This document shows positions 11,546 to 25,318 of a DNA stretch of 48,029 bases, piece after piece (position 1 is the stretch's first letter; each line of letters starts with the position of its first letter). Position numbers and translations under genes: made by a program. Location: contig JAXLNO010000379.1 of assembly GCA_038087875.1 (NCBI GenBank), positions 1 through 48,029 of the forward strand, read 5' to 3'. Under the pieces are notes generated by a model. The model saw nothing but the letters and a program-made list of their open reading frames with translations. It did not search any database and was not told the DNA's origin. This DNA is from Malacoraja senta (lineage: Eukaryota).

Positions 11546-13009
11546 CAAATGATGGTGGAAAGCTCTTGAGCCGTCATGCTAAGAAACAAAACCACCTCAA
11601 TAAATAGACTGATGAAAGGTCCAGGAGAAGTAAGCCAGTCAGAAAAGACGATGCGTGCATCGTGACTAGGTTCCCATATCCATCAGATACCGTTACCGTT
11701 AAGCCATTTGGTTGGAATGAATGACCACTCTGCTTCCATTATCCCAGAGAGGGCATCAATCAAGAATCAAGTCAAGTTTCCTTTATTGTCATTCAGACCT
11801 TTCGGTCTGAACGAAATTGTGATGCCTGCAGTCATACACAGAACCAATAATAACAAAACATACAATAAACACAAATTAAACATCCACCACAGTGAGTTCA
11901 CCAAGTACACCCTCACTGTGATGGAGGCAAAGTCTTAGTCTCCGTCTCTTCCCTCCTTGTTCTCCCTCTGCGCTGAGGCGATCGATCCAGGCCGAAGATG
12001 CCGCCCTCCAGTCCAGCGGACCTCCGTGGTGATGTCGCCGCCGCCGAAAGCCGGAACGCCGTCTCCGCATCGAGACGGCCCGCCACAGCATCAGCCCCGG
12101 GTCCCGCACTCTCCGCTCCGGGCCGCCGCCCCAGCTCCAGGCCCCGCAGTCTCCGCTCCTACAACTAGAAGTCAGATTTACAACAATCTAGCAAAAAAAA
12201 CGTTTGTCCAGCAAACCAGATATTCCTTAGCTTCACATATTGTTGTCTCTTTCCATCCCACCTCCCCCCAAGCCCACATCTGCCATCAGAGTGAAACGTA
12301 TCTATGAAGGTCCTGTTAATGTTACAGGCCGCCATATGTGTCCTGCACTGTGTGCACCATTTAATGTTCAAATCCAGCTGGGGCATCTAGGAATGGAAAA
12401 TAATGGCTGATTTTGGTGCTTACTCCCATGTTCATGGAATATAATTTAGAAAAAAAACACCTGCATCTGTCACACTGAAAAAATATCAAAAATGAAAGCA
12501 GAAATGGGCCATTTATCCCTTGCATTTCTAAATGCACAGCTTTTACTGCATTTTGAACATTAGCAGGATCACAGCTGATCTGTTTTCCCAACACCATCTT
12601 CCAGTATGAAACATGTTTCTTGGCAAGACTGGGAATTATTATCCATTCCTATGTGCCCTTGAAACAATGATTGGAATGGTTGTATCAGGGGGGTCACACA
12701 TAAAATGCCATAGGGAATCATGAAAAGCAGCCAACGTAATCAAAGTCTTGTCCCACCACAGTCATTCCTCCTTCTCTCTGATCCTGTTAGGCAAAAGTAC
12801 AGAAGCTTGAAAGTGTGTACCACCGAACATAGGAACAGCTTCTGAACGGACCTTCCATAAGCTAGGATACTGTCCATTGCGGACATTGGACCTTGTCTTT
12901 GGAACTGATGTGTTACAATGCTGAGAACTATATTCTGCAGTCTGTACTTAAGTTTGAATAAATTGTACTTGTATATAGTGTTATCACCCTTTGAGTAAAA
13001 AAAAAAGTT

Positions 13010-13712
13010 ACCCCAGAGATTTAACGGAAATCTGAGGGGTAACTTTTTTACACAAAGGGTAGCCGGCATATGGAACGAGCTGCCAGAGGAGGTAGTTGAG
13101 GCAAGTACTATCGCAACATTTAAGAAACATTTAGATAGGTACATGGGTAGAGTCTTAGAGTCATAGAGTGATACAGTGTGGAAACAGGCCCTTCGGCCCA
13201 ACTCGCCCAACACTGTCCCAGCTATCCTAGTCCCACTTGCCTGTGCTTGGTCCATAACCCTCCAAACCTGTATTATCCATGTACCTGACCAAGTGTTTCT
13301 TAAACAATGGGATAGTCCCAGCCTCAACTACCTCCTCTGACAGCTTGTTCCATACACTCACTACCCTCTGTGTGAAAAAGTTACCCCTCGGATTCCGATT
13401 AAATCTTTTCCCCTTCACCTTGAACCTAGGTCCTCTGGTCCTCGATTCCCCTACTCTGGGTAAAAGACTCTGTGCATTTACCCGATCTATTCCTCTCATG
13501 ATTTTGTACACCTCTATCCTCATCCTCCTACATTCCATGGAATAGAGACCCAGCCTAACTAACCTCTCCCTATAGCTCACACCCTCTAGTCCTGAGGATA
13601 GGCTTAGAGGGAAATGGGCCAAAAGCAGGCAGGTGGGACCAGTTTAGATGGGGCATGTTGGTCAGTGTGGGCTATTTTGGCCGAAGGGCCTGTTTCCATG
13701 CTATATGACTAT
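13010..13712. mobile_element. CR1 3' fragments: a + copy interrupted by a - copy (about 13148-13595)
   Basis: The - strand ORF reads SYRERL.RLGLYSMECRRMR..FFTQRVVSVWN; the + strand pieces flank it. Confidence 0.75.
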
Positions 13713-13791
13713 CTGATCTGATTGGATAGTCCACAAAACATAGCTTTTCATTGTACCTTGGTACACATGACAATAATAAACCTAACCCAAA

Positions 13792-14308
13792 AGGGCCTGT
13801 CCCACTGCGGCGACCTAATTGGCGAATTTTGAAGAGTTTGCCCTCGACTCATAGTCGCAGCATGGTCGACATGAGGTCCTAGGAGGTCTTTGTAACTCTC
13901 CTTCATGCTCGAGAGTAGTTTCCGCGTACTCGAGGCCTCAGCTAGGTTGCGGCGTATTTTTCAACATATTTATTTTACTCGTAGGTTTAGTCGTAGTAGG
14001 TCGTAGTAGGTCGGCATGTTATTCGTAGGTAATCGAGGGTTATCGAAGGTAATCGAAGGTAGTCGAAGGTAGTCGTAGATAGTCTTCAACATAGTTGAAG
14101 GGAGGTCGAAGGAGATCGAAGGAGGTCGTCTTCACTCTCCACTATTCGTTGTCCAATTTTCCCGAAGCTAGTCGAAGCTGATCTTCAACATAGTTGAAGG
14201 GGGTCGAAGGAGGTCTTCTATGAAGGAGGTCTTCAACATGACACTTTTTCAAACTCTCATAAACTCTTCTAAACTCGCCAATTAGGTTGCTGCAGTGGGA
14301 CAGGCCCT
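13792..14308. mobile_element. PIF/Harbinger-type MITE with about 48-bp TIRs
   Basis: AGGGCCTGTCCCAC...GTGGGACAGGCCCT ends, AAA/TAA flanks, internal TCGAAGGTA repeats. Confidence 0.8.
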
Positions 14309-14919
14309 TAAACTTAAACCTGATGTGCAGAAAGTTTGTAATTACACTTCTGTCAAAATATATTGGTTGATCATTACGTATACAGTGAAACGTTTTTGTT
14401 TCCATTCTATCCAATTAAACCCGATATTACTATACATGAGTACAATCAAGCCATGCATAAGTACAACAGATAGTGCAAAGAAAAACATTAGTGTGCATTT
14501 CTAAATGGAATAGAATTAAAAGATTTGGACGATTGTATTGGATGATGGCAGATAATCTTCTGGGACCCCGATGCAAAGAGTCGGCATGTTCTGGTACCAT
14601 CTTACAGCTTTTACTGCATTGGAACATTAGTAGTGGCACACTTCGGGGTGTGGTTGGTGGCTAGCAATGTTTACTGGAGTAATACAGATTTCCGTAATGT
14701 GCAAAAACCTATCAATCTCCGCAGGTTCGCTCCTCAGTGCTTCTAACAATTAATGCCCATTAATTTTCTTGTATAAACAAATGCATGTCATCGGCTAGTG
14801 CAAAACCTATCTGCAAATGTTGCACTGGCAACATGCATGAAGTTAACCATTGGACACTCAAGTTCACTTCTATATCTATCTGTTTCTTAAATGAAAGGTG
14901 TGGATCATGTCTTTAAGTC

Positions 14920-16070
14920 GGGTTGGGAAGTTACTAATGTTGTGCCTCTGTTTAAGAGGGGCTGCAGGGAAAAGCCTGGGAGCAACGGACCAGTCAGTCT
15001 AACATCTGTGGTCGGAAAGTTACTAGAGAGTATTCTGAGGGATAAGATCTACATGCATTTAGATGAAGAAGGGCTGATTAGGGATAGTCAGCGTGGTTTT
15101 GTATGTGGAGGTCGTGTTTCACGATTGAGTTTTTTGTAGATGGGACCAAAGAGGTCACATTTATGTAAGTGGTCAAAAATGCTTTTGGCAAATTGGCCTT
15201 CATCGGTCATTGTATTGTGTATAGACGTTGGGAGGTCATATTTCAGTTGTATAAGACATTGGTGATGCCGCATTTAGAGTATTGTGTTCAGTTCTGCGCA
15301 CGTCCATGTTATAGGAAATATATTGTTTGAGTTGGAACGGGTACAGAGATTTATGAGGATGTTGCCAGGGATCAAGGGCCTGAGTTATAGCGACAAGTTG
15401 AGTAGGTTAGGACTCTATTCCCTTGGAGTGCAGTAGGATGAGGGGTGATCTTATAGAGGTGTACAAAATCATGAGAGGAATAGATCGGGTGCAGTTACAT
15501 AGTTCCTTGAAAGTGATGTCACGGGGTAGATAAGGTGGGCAAGAATGCTTTCGGCACATTGGTCTTCATCAGTCAGAGTAAGCTGGAAAGGATACTGAGA
15601 AGATTTACGAGGATCTTGATAGGACTTATGGGCCTGAGCTATAGGGAGAGGTTGAGCAGGCCAGGTTTTACTGCTTAGAGTGTAGGAGGATGAGGGGTGA
15701 TTTGTCTTTGGATGTATATAAGATCATGGGAGGATTAGATAGGGTAAATGAACAGAATATTTTACCCAGAATAGGGAACACAAGAACCAGAGGACATAGG
15801 TTTAAGGTTGGGGATGGATGGGGGGGAGATTTAATATGAACCTGAGGGGCAACTTTTTACACCAAGGGTGATGAGTGTATGGAACGAGTTGCCGGAGGAG
15901 GTGGTCGAGGCAGTTGTTTATCACAGTTGTTTGAAAAACATTTGGACTGGTCCGTGATTAAGGGAGACGAGGGGCAAACGCAGAGTGGTGGGACTAGTGT
16001 AGATGAGGAATAGTTGTCAGAGGCAACATGGGCTGAAGGGCCTGTTTCCACACTGTATGACACTATGACC
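14920..16070 (+). mobile_element. Decayed, rearranged CR1 fragments
   Basis: PVSLTSVVGKLLES and repeated 3' ORF2 segments. Confidence 0.75.
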
Positions 16071-16423
16071 CTAAGTCATGAAGATTAATTTTTTCTCTAA
16101 ATTATTGTGTATTTTTTTAATACTTTTTTTGTTAAAAAAGAAAAAAAGTTAAACCTTTATGCACAATTGCACATTTGATATCAAATAAGAGTTCTATTTC
16201 TATAAAGTGTTACGCTGAATGTTTAATTAGGATTGTGTTCTAATATTAGCTTGTAAACTGGGTGAAGGGCGGAGAAAGTTACAATGAGGTTGCCAGATAG
16301 GCAGATATATTTTCACTTACTAACTACATCATCAGAGCTGCAGAGTTATGTACAGTAAGCTTTGCCAACAGTTTTTTTTGGAAGGCATCCATGTTTTACT
16401 GGGCAGTGTTTCAAGCCAGTCAT

Positions 16424-16437
16424 CATTTCCCGTAAAT
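16424..16437. promoter_or_regulatory. GAS/STAT element in unique sequence
   Basis: CATTTCCCGTAAAT contains TTCN3TAA. GC box at about 16267 and TTTCACTT (IRF half site) at about 16311. Confidence 0.4.
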
Positions 16438-17802
16438 GGCTGCAACAGAAGCATGGTGTTGTCGGTAAGGGAAAAATAACAAGGCAAGTAAATAAGTGTA
16501 GGCTGCTGGAAATTGTGTGTGTGTGTGTGTGTTGAAACGGCAGCATAAGTAGAGGATTATTATAAACAATGCCAGATTATAAATGTAATATGTCTGAGTC
16601 AGAGAATTGGCTGCTAGTAATAAGAATGTTTCAGTATTTAGTGCCGACCCCGGGCTAAAGTTTTAGACAAGGAGCTTTGAAGGGCGGCCTACATGCTAGG
16701 CCTAATGTCTTCAGTGGGACAGACTCAGAACACAATAAAATGTACTGTCCTGTGTAATCAAGAGAGAGGTTGTGAGTGAAATCAGATAGTGAGTTAATGA
16801 ACAACTGTGTCAGGAGGAGCAGGGGATAATATGCCTATATCCATACCAGCCTCTCCCTAGCCTCTGCATTCCTCCAATTCTGGCTTTTGCTGTATTTTTT
16901 CGTAATGGTTACTTTTACTGAAACCCAGTTTGAACCCAGTGTTGATCACTGCCTTCTGCACCATAGACCCCCTAACGCTCAGCAATTATCATGAACTGAG
17001 CTTTCATTCTTTTTCTCCTTTAGCAATAGTCTTAACATACTTAAAACAACGAACTGCAGATGGTGATTTACACAACAGGACACAAAGTGTTGGAGTAATT
17101 CGGCGGGTCAGGCAGCATCTCTGGTGAACACGGACAGGTGAAGTGAAGTTTCGGGTCCGGACTGTTTTTGGGTTCACAACAGACCCATCGGTTCTGCATG
17201 CTCCTCCCCCACTGAACTCATCTCCACAAACTTTGATTCCATCCCATCCAGTCCCTTTCAACCTACATTCTCTCCACTCTTCCAGATTTATTTGCTCGCC
17301 CCCCCCCCTCCCCTCCCCCAGCACTATCAGTCTGAAGTAAGGTCCCAACCCAAAACGTCACCTATCCATGTTCTCCCCAGATGCTGCCTGTCCTACTGAG
17401 TTACTCCAGGACTTTGTATCATTATAAACTACTTTTGATTATGGTTTTGGCCCACACTGCTAACGTGCACAGTCAAAACAAGAGTCCGGAGATGCTGAAA
17501 TCTGAGCAAAAAATAAACTGCTGGAGGAACTTGGGTGAGAAGGAGTTGAAGGGACTGGCAGCATCCCTTGAGAGAAATGGACTGGCCACAGAGCACCCAG
17601 TTGCAAGCTACTTCCCTTCTCATTCCCATACAGGAGCGAAAAGCCTACATGATTACAATCAAGCCATTTACAGTGAACTAGATAAAGGGAATAACGTGAT
17701 TAACATTTCGTGCATAGTTAAAGTTGCTGTGTAGAGAATAAAAGTGTGGAGCGATTGTAATGTGTGATTGCAGATCCACTTCTGTAACCAGCGCATAGAT
17801 GT

Positions 17803-18527
17803 GGGTGGCAGAGTGGCTCCGCGGTAGAGTTGCTGCCTTGCAGCTCTTGTAGCGCCAGAGACCCGGGTTCAATCCTGACTACGGTGCTGACTGTATGGAG
17901 TTTGTACGTTTTCTCCCCGTGACCGCGCGGGTTTTCTCCGAGATCTTTGGTTTCCTCCCACACGCCAAAGACGTACAGGTGTGTAGGTTAATTGGCTTGG
18001 TGTAAATGTAAATTGTCCCCAGTGTTTGGAGGATAGTGTTAAGGGCCTGTCCCACCAGCATGCGCCTCCATGCGGCAAGCGCGACCTGACGTGGTCGCTC
18101 GAGCAGTACGGCCTCGCGGGGCCGGTCCCACTCCGATCGCCGGAGCCGTATGGAGTTGTGCGGGGCTGGTCCCGACATCGCGCGGGGCTCCGAAATACTG
18201 ACCGTGTTCACAAATTCCGCGCGGCAGCGGCCTGCCGGCACGCAGCCGCCTCGACGCCGTACGCACCGCCACAACGGGCGTGCGCAGCATCTCGATGCCG
18301 TACGCAGCGTCTTGACGCAGTACGTCACGCGCGAACTTCCCGCGGACTTCGCTCGGACTTCACGTCACTCACTCGACCTCTGCGCGGCCCCCGCTTCCGG
18401 TTTGGTCGCGCTTGCCGCATGCAGGTTGCATGCTCGTGGGACAGGCCCTTTAGTGTGTGGGGATCGCTGGTCGGTGTGGACTCAATGTGCCGAAAGGCCT
18501 GCTTCCACGATGTATCTGTAAACTAAA
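17803..18527 (+). mobile_element. V-SINE (HE1-like) interrupted by a Harbinger MITE
   Basis: B box GGTTCAATCC and V-domain; SINE sequence resumes after 18452. Confidence 0.85.
18042..18449. mobile_element. PIF/Harbinger-type MITE
   Basis: Same TIR; TTA duplicated at 18039-41 and 18450-52. Confidence 0.88.
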
Positions 18528-18769
18528 CACACAGTCGCCTGAGTTGGGCATCAGATCCTTTGGTCAAGAATATTCTCACCGAGCATGATGAAGAATCTTC
18601 ATAATTTATTGATGTTCAGCATCAAAATAAATAATTAGATAACCAATGTAACGTTGAAGTATGAAGGGGTTTTATGAAAAACATATGACATGCATAAAAT
18701 GATATCTGACAAATGATGTAAACAGGAAAGTGGGACAGGTGCCCTGGAGGGTGTGTTTTAATGGTTAGG

Positions 18770-19110
18770 TATGTAGGGAGGAACTTCAGATGCTGGTTTA
18801 AACCGTAGATAGACACAAAAAGATGGAGTAACTCAGCGGGTCAGACATCGTCTCTGGAGAAAAGGAATAGGTGATGTTTTGGGTCGAGACCCTTCCTCCG
18901 GCTGAGAGTCGGCGGAGCAGAAGGAATCAGAGAGGGGGAGTAGCTGGAGAGGATGTGGCAGAACTCTTGTCGGAGAGAGGAGGAGGACTTCTTGAAAGTA
19001 GGCATACCTTGAGGAGATTTCGCAGTGGAGCAGATGAGATGTGTAGGAAGGAACTGCAGAAGCTGGTTTAAACCGAAGATAGACAAAAAAAGCTGGAGTA
19101 ACTCAGCGGG
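18770..19110 (-). mobile_element. Penelope-like tandem terminal repeats
   Basis: Two copies of GTAGG..GGAACT.CAGA.GCTGGTTTAAACCG separated by an internal piece. Confidence 0.65.
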
Positions 19111-20234
19111 CTGTGCTCCAACTCAAGAGGATAAAATTGCAAAGTACTCCAGGTGTTGTCTCATCAGGACCTTCTAAAATTGCATTGAGATATATATATA
19201 TATCCTAGTGCTCATATCCTCGAGCAATAATAATTCAATGATACTTTATTGTCACATCGGTGAGATTATTTTTTTTGCATACAATACACAAAGAATCCCC
19301 ATGTTTCTAGCGCCTGCATAGTTACAAAAATGCTCATTAGAATCATGTTGATCCCTCTTTTTTATTGGCGCCCCTACCCCCACCCCCGCCAAGTCTGTTC
19401 TCAGCGGCGTGGCCCGACCATCAGCTACGCAGCCCTCCCTCAGCCCGACCGTCCTCCTCTGCCCGACTGCTCTCTACCCTCCATGGCCCATCCGCCTTGG
19501 CCCCTTCTTTGGCCCCAGAGAAAAATCCCAAATTGAGCTCTTTAAAGGGCCAGGTCCCTGGTTTACCTATGCTCTGTTCTCCCCTCCCTCCCCCCCCCCC
19601 CCCGCCACCTCCCCACCACCCCTGGCCTGGACCCTTTACTCAAACTCTAAGAAAATGAACTGGGGTAAGTTCCAATGGACAGACACAAGTTGCTGGAGCA
19701 ACTCAGCCAGGTCGGCAGCACCTCCGGAGAATAAGGATGGGAAGAAGCTTTGGATCGGCACCCCTCTTTAGTGTGAAAGGTCCATGCTAGAAACACCACC
19801 CATCTCTCCCTCCCCGGAGATGCTGTCCGACTCAGTAAAGATCAACATACCTAACTGCCTCCTGCACGTAAACTTTCACTGACTTGTGTATAGAATGCCC
19901 AAGTCCCTTTAAACATGGACACTACCCAATCTCTGATTTTAAAAGTACTCTGCGTTTGTTTGTTTTTAAATCTATTGAAGAATATAATCTCACATTTTTG
20001 ACATTGTAATTATAATCAGTCTGTCTCTATCCTCTTGAAACCTCATTGCATCCTTCGCACAGTCGTGTTTGCGTTTACTTGCGTTTACCTGGCGTCACTC
20101 CCGGTACTTTGAAGAGGTGCTTCCAATAGTTTTGGTTTAATTTATTGTCGCCTGTACTGAGCTACATTGAAAAGTGTTTGTTGCAGGCTAACCAGTCAAA
20201 TAATATGAGTATCAGTAACGTGGTATGAATATCA

Positions 20235-20850
20235 TCAAAGAGACATATTGCAGTTGTATAGGGCTCTGGTGAGACCACATCTGGAGTATTGTGTACAGTT
20301 TTGGTCTCCTAATTTGAGGAAGGACATCCTTGTGATTGAGGCAGTGCAGCGTAGGTTCACGAGATTGATCCCTGGGATGGCGGGACTGTCATATGAGGAA
20401 AGATTGAAAAGACTAGGCTTGTATTCACTGGAGTTTGGAAGGATGAGGGGGAATCTTATAGAAACATATAAAATTATAAAAGGACTGGACAAGCTAGATG
20501 CAGGAAAAAATGTTTCCAATGTTGGGGCGAGTCCAGAACCAGGTGCCACAGTCTTCGAATAAAGGGGAGGTAATTTAAGACTGAGGTGAGAAAAAACGTT
20601 TTCACCCAGAGAGTTGTGAATTTATGGAATTCCCTGCCACAGAGGGCAGTGGAGGCCAAGTCACTGGATGGATTTAAGAGAGAGTTAGATAGAGCTCTAG
20701 GGGGCTAGTGGAGTCAAGGGATATGGGGAGAAGGCAGGCACGGGTTATTGATAGGGGACGATCAGCCATGATCACAATGAATGGCGGTGCTGGCTCGAAG
20801 GGCCGAATGGCCTCCTCCTGCACCTAGTTTCTATGTTTCTATGTTTCTAT
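20235..20850 (+). mobile_element. CR1 LINE 3' fragment
   Basis: [19 protein letters not shown] and (TTTCTATG)n tail. Confidence 0.92.
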
Positions 20851-21344
20851 AGATAAAAGTAATTAGTTGTGAAAACCATTGGACAGTTGCATAGACAGAA
20901 TATAGCTGAGTGGAAAAGATCTGGTGGTAAGAACAACTGTGTCTCCAGTCACAACTTGTCCATGTTTTGGTCTGTTCACATCAATCAAAGTGATGGCTGT
21001 GTGTATCTGTGTGTTTGTGGGTGTCTTCATTCTTTTAAAAGCTTTTAAACTAAAAACCATCAGAAAGCTAAGATCGGTGCATTTCTAATAACTTCTAATA
21101 TTTTTCACCACAGAAACAGCAGTGGATTCCTTTGTGGGTTTCAATACTGAAATAAATGGTTACAATTTTGTGCATGCTCTTCAGCGACATGAGGTAATAG
21201 GATATTCTTAGCATTTATTCAGGATCTAATATTGGTTTGGTGTGAGTTCTAAATATAGAGAGTACGAGCTATGTTTTACAGTTGGCGTGCTTTAGCATTT
21301 AATATTAACCAGCAGAGTACACTATTGAAAGGTTATAGTGTATA

Positions 21345-21977
21345 GGAGGTTTTGAGTATAGGAGCAGGGAGGCTCTACTGCAGTTGTACAGTGTCTTGGT
21401 GAGACCACACCTGGAGTATTGCGTACAGTTTTGGTCTCCAAATCTGAGGAAAGACATTCTTGCCATCGAGGGAGTACAGAGAAGGTTCACCAGACTGATT
21501 CCTGGGATGTCAGGACTTTCATATGAGGAAAGACTGGATAGTCTTGGCTTGTACTCGCTAGAATTTAGAAGATTGAGGGGGGATCTTATAGAAACATACA
21601 AAATTCTTAAGGGGTTGGACAGGCTAGATGCAGGAACATTGTTCCCGATGTTGGGGAAGTCCAGGACAAGGGGTCACAGTTTAAGGATAAAGGGGAAATC
21701 CTTTGGGACCGAGATGAGAAAAGCATTTTTCACACAGAGAGTGGAGAATCTGTGGAATTCTCTGCCACAGAAGGTAGTTGAGGCCAGTTCATTGGCTATA
21801 TTTAAGAGGGAGTTAGATGTGGCCCTTGTGGCTAAAGGGATCAGGGGGTATGGAGAGAAGGCAGGTACAGGATACTGAGTTGGATGATCAGCCATGATCA
21901 TATTGAATGGCGGTGCAGTCTTGAAGGGCCGAATGGCCTACTCCTGCACCTATTTTCTATGTTTCTATGTTTCTATG
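21345..21977 (+). mobile_element. CR1 LINE 3' fragment
   Basis: 164-aa open ORF2 C-terminus, near-identical to the 7137 copy. Confidence 0.93.
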
Positions 21978-22697
21978 TTAGTGCTGTAGTTTCCCTACCA
22001 AATACAACACTGGCTCAAGATTATGTTCTTGTTAAATTTTACTGAGTGTATGCCTCATTGTCGTCTTCCTCTCAGCTAACAATGAACCATTCTACGTTTC
22101 CTTCAACATCTGCCTTGATCTGTTGTTTTCACACCATACCCTTTCATATCTCTCGACTCCCTCTCCCCTGACTCTCAGTCTGACGAAGGGTCTCATCCCA
22201 AAATGTCACCCATTCCTTCTCTCCAGAGATCTGCCTGTCCCGCAGAGTTACTCCAGCATTTTGCGTCTATCTTCCGTGTAAACCAGCACCTGCAGTTCCT
22301 TCCTACGCACTTATAATCTTGTTTTCTTTTTAGATACAAGCTCAGTTGTGCGGATGCTGTAGGACAGGCGCTCCAGCCATTGGGGCCTGAGGCACTCGTT
22401 AACATTATAGAGAATAGTTGCTGGTGCATTATGTACCTTGATTGTTTGTCCAGGCTATCTTACACAATGGAAATTTGCACACAATGAACAACTGATTCTC
22501 CAGACATTATTGTGTTAGCATTATGATATTAAAACATTAGGTGTGGCTCAGGCGACAACCTTCGCAGTTTTTAATTTAAAATGTATTGGTTTAGTCCAAT
22601 TCCAGAGACTTTATCATGGAGATATAATCAGATGTGTGGTGTTGGTTGGTTAGTCATCTAAAATTGGTGAATTTAATGATCACACTGTGGTTGTACG

Positions 22698-23030
22698 CTA
22701 CCCAAGCGGAGTATGAGGTGCTGTTCCCCCCCAGTTTGCATGTGGCTCACTCTGGCAATGGAAGAGGCCCAGGACAGAAAGATCAACATGGGAAGGGGAG
22801 TTAAAATGGTTCACAACCAGAAGATCCAAGTGCCAGCATTTGGCGCAACAATCGCCTCGTCTAAAGGAGGTCCAAACGCAGTAGACGAGGTTAGAGGAGG
22901 TGCATGGGATCCTCTGCCTCACCTGGAAGGGCTGCTGGGTCCCTGGATGGATGTATAGGGACAGGTGTTACATCTGCTGCAGCTTCATTGGGAAAGTACC
23001 TAATGAGGGGGTGATTTGCATTGGAAGAGA
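22698..23030 (-). mobile_element. Decayed Penelope GIY-YIG fragment
   Basis: CTSSNLVYC and HFNSPSH..LSVLGLFHCQSE. Confidence 0.75.
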
Positions 23031-23032
23031 TC

Positions 23033-23668
23033 CAAGATTCAAGAGAGTTTATTGTCATGTGTCCCTGATAGGACAATGAAATTCTTGCTTTGCTTCAGCA
23101 CAACAGAACATAGTAGGCATTGACTACAAAACAGATCAGTGTGTCCATATACCGTTATATAAATATATACACACATGAATAAATAAACTGATAAAGTGCA
23201 AATCACAGATAATGGGTTATTAATGTTCAGAGTTTTGTCCGAGCCAAGTTTAATAGCCTGATGGCTGTGGGGAAGTAGCTATTCCTGAACCTGGTCATTG
23301 CAGTCTTCAGGCTCCTGTTCCTTCTACCTGAAGGTAGTAGGGAGATGAGTGTGTGGCCAGGATGGTGTGGGTCCTTGATGATGCTGCCAGCCTTTTTGAG
23401 GCAGCGACTGTGGTAGATCCCCTCGATGGAAGGGAGGTCAGAGCCGATGATGGACTGGGCAGTGTTTACTACTTTTTGTAGTCTTTTCCTCTCCAGGGCG
23501 CTCAAGTTGCCGAACCAAGCCACGATGCATCCGGTCAGCATGCTCTCTACTGTGCACCTGTAGAAGTTCGAGAGAGTCCTCCTTGACAAACCGACTCTCC
23601 GTAATCTTCTCAGGAAGTAGAGGCGCTGATGTGCTTTCTTAATAATAGCATCAGTGTTCTCGGAGTGA
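23033..23668 (-). mobile_element. Rex1/Babar LINE 3' end
   Basis: KKAHQRLYFLRRLRR..FYRCTVES..DPHHPGH..LPSGRR..RFRNSYFP. Confidence 0.85.
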
Positions 23669-24779
23669 ACCAAGGAGTTGCGGAGGGAGCAGAATGAGCA
23701 AAAAAACAGTGGGAAGTTGTTGGTAAAGTAAATGAGATCAATGAGTTCTGTACTGGAGGCAGAACTGGTGCAGTTGTCGATGTAAAGGAATAGTGGAATG
23801 ATAAGGAAAAAAGTTTCATCCAGAGGATGGAAAAGCTTTGGAACTCGTGGTGAAAGCAGACCCTTTTACATGTAAACAGTAAGAGACAGCAGGAGCTGGA
23901 AACAGTATTTGGATGGGTACTTGAAGACATGCAGGGTTACTTATCTGTTGCTGGAAGGTTGGATTAGCAGTTATTCCGCTAACACGGGCGCAGTATGTTG
24001 AATAGCCAACCATGCCTTTCATTTCTGAGTCAGCTTTGTATATCTAGAGGATTGAAGTTCATCATAGAAACTGGAAATGTGACATTTTTAGAAAGCGATT
24101 GTTCATTCAAGACACCGGCCTGGCTGTTGACTGGCTGTGGGGGATTGCCCTGGTTTGAATTGTGAACGGTTCAAAACAGGATATTGGTCAATGCCGAAGT
24201 TCCGTTGTTTGTGAGCCTTTTGAAAGGCAATTAAAGAGCTGTGTAATTGTCCTGGAGGGAGGCAGAAGTCATTTTAAAAGCCGTTCCAGAATAAAATGTA
24301 AATATGATGTTGCATTCCCTGAAACGATCAGTTTGCTTGAGGCCACAGACAGTACTCTAAGGAATTGGATTCTTCAATGTAATCATTCCTCAGCTACAGC
24401 TGCTCTGCAGCAAGTATAGGAGAGATAATAATTCTGCCAGCGCACTTTGCTTCCTGTGCTGTCAAACCCACTTCCATGTTTACATTAACTGCTGCTGTTG
24501 GCAATCTAGCACATTTGAGGAGGGGAGTGAAGGGGGCTTGGCGATTGATGACCAGTTGGGAAATATTGAGTTTCCCTTGACTGTGAAATTAATTGACCTC
24601 TATCGCACTCTTGCAGGGGGGGGCCTTGTTTGGGCAGAGGAAAAGTATTGTATAATTTCATGAAGTTTAATGTATTTTAAGTCCAGGAATCTGTTTGCTT
24701 CCCAGTCCCCAAAGGAAAGGCGTTAGGAAATTGGCATAATTGAAGGTTCTAAGGACACGTATAAATGACTTGCCGTAAA

Positions 24780-25318
24780 TATAGACGGAATGATCGTTTG
24801 CAGATGGCACCGTGATTCTTGGGGTTGCGGACTGTGAGGAAGGCTGTCAAATTAGTGGGACTTGATCAGCTATAGAGATGGGCGGGGAAATGCCAGGTGG
24901 ACTTTAATTGGAGCAAGTGTGAGGTGTTGCACTTTGGGAGGTATCCAACTAATGCCATGACACTTGGCATGATAGAAGCAAAATCAAATGATGAGAGGCA
25001 TAAGATAAGATAGACAGTCTGAACTTTTTTCCCCAGGATGGAAATATCAAATGAGGTGAGAGAGGCAAAGTTGAAAGGAGATGTGGGTGACGAGTTAATT
25101 TTACACAGACCATGGTGAGTGCTGGAACACACTGCCAGGGGTGGTGGGGGAGGCAGATAGGATAGTGGCATTTAAGAGACTTTTGGATAAGCACATGAAT
25201 ATGCAGGGAATGAAGAGATACGGATTATACGCAGGCAGATAATGGTTGGTCTCGGCATGATGTTCGGTGCAGACATTGTGGGCCGAAGGGCCTGTTCCTA
25301 TGCTGTATTGTTCTATGT
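24780..25318 (+). mobile_element. Old CR1 fragment
   Basis: Degenerate KCEVLHFG segment and 3' tail. Confidence 0.65.

Noticed and set aside
13980..14240. Short periodic repeats as a CRISPR-like array
   Set aside because: The units are degenerate 9-10-mers without unique spacers, inside a TIR-bounded MITE in vertebrate DNA.
18039..18452. TTAA-specific piggyBac/Kolobok assignment for the MITEs
   Set aside because: Reconstructed empty sites indicate a 3-bp TTA/TAA duplication with AGGG termini.
22335..22490. Strong acceptor (tcttgttttctttttag) followed by a short open frame
   Set aside because: No recognisable protein and no clear donor; it may be a 5' UTR exon but I cannot support that without RNA data.
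24060..24600. NF-kB/IRF-like motifs (GGGATTGCCC at 24141) in unique sequence
   Set aside because: Imperfect consensus matches expected by chance.
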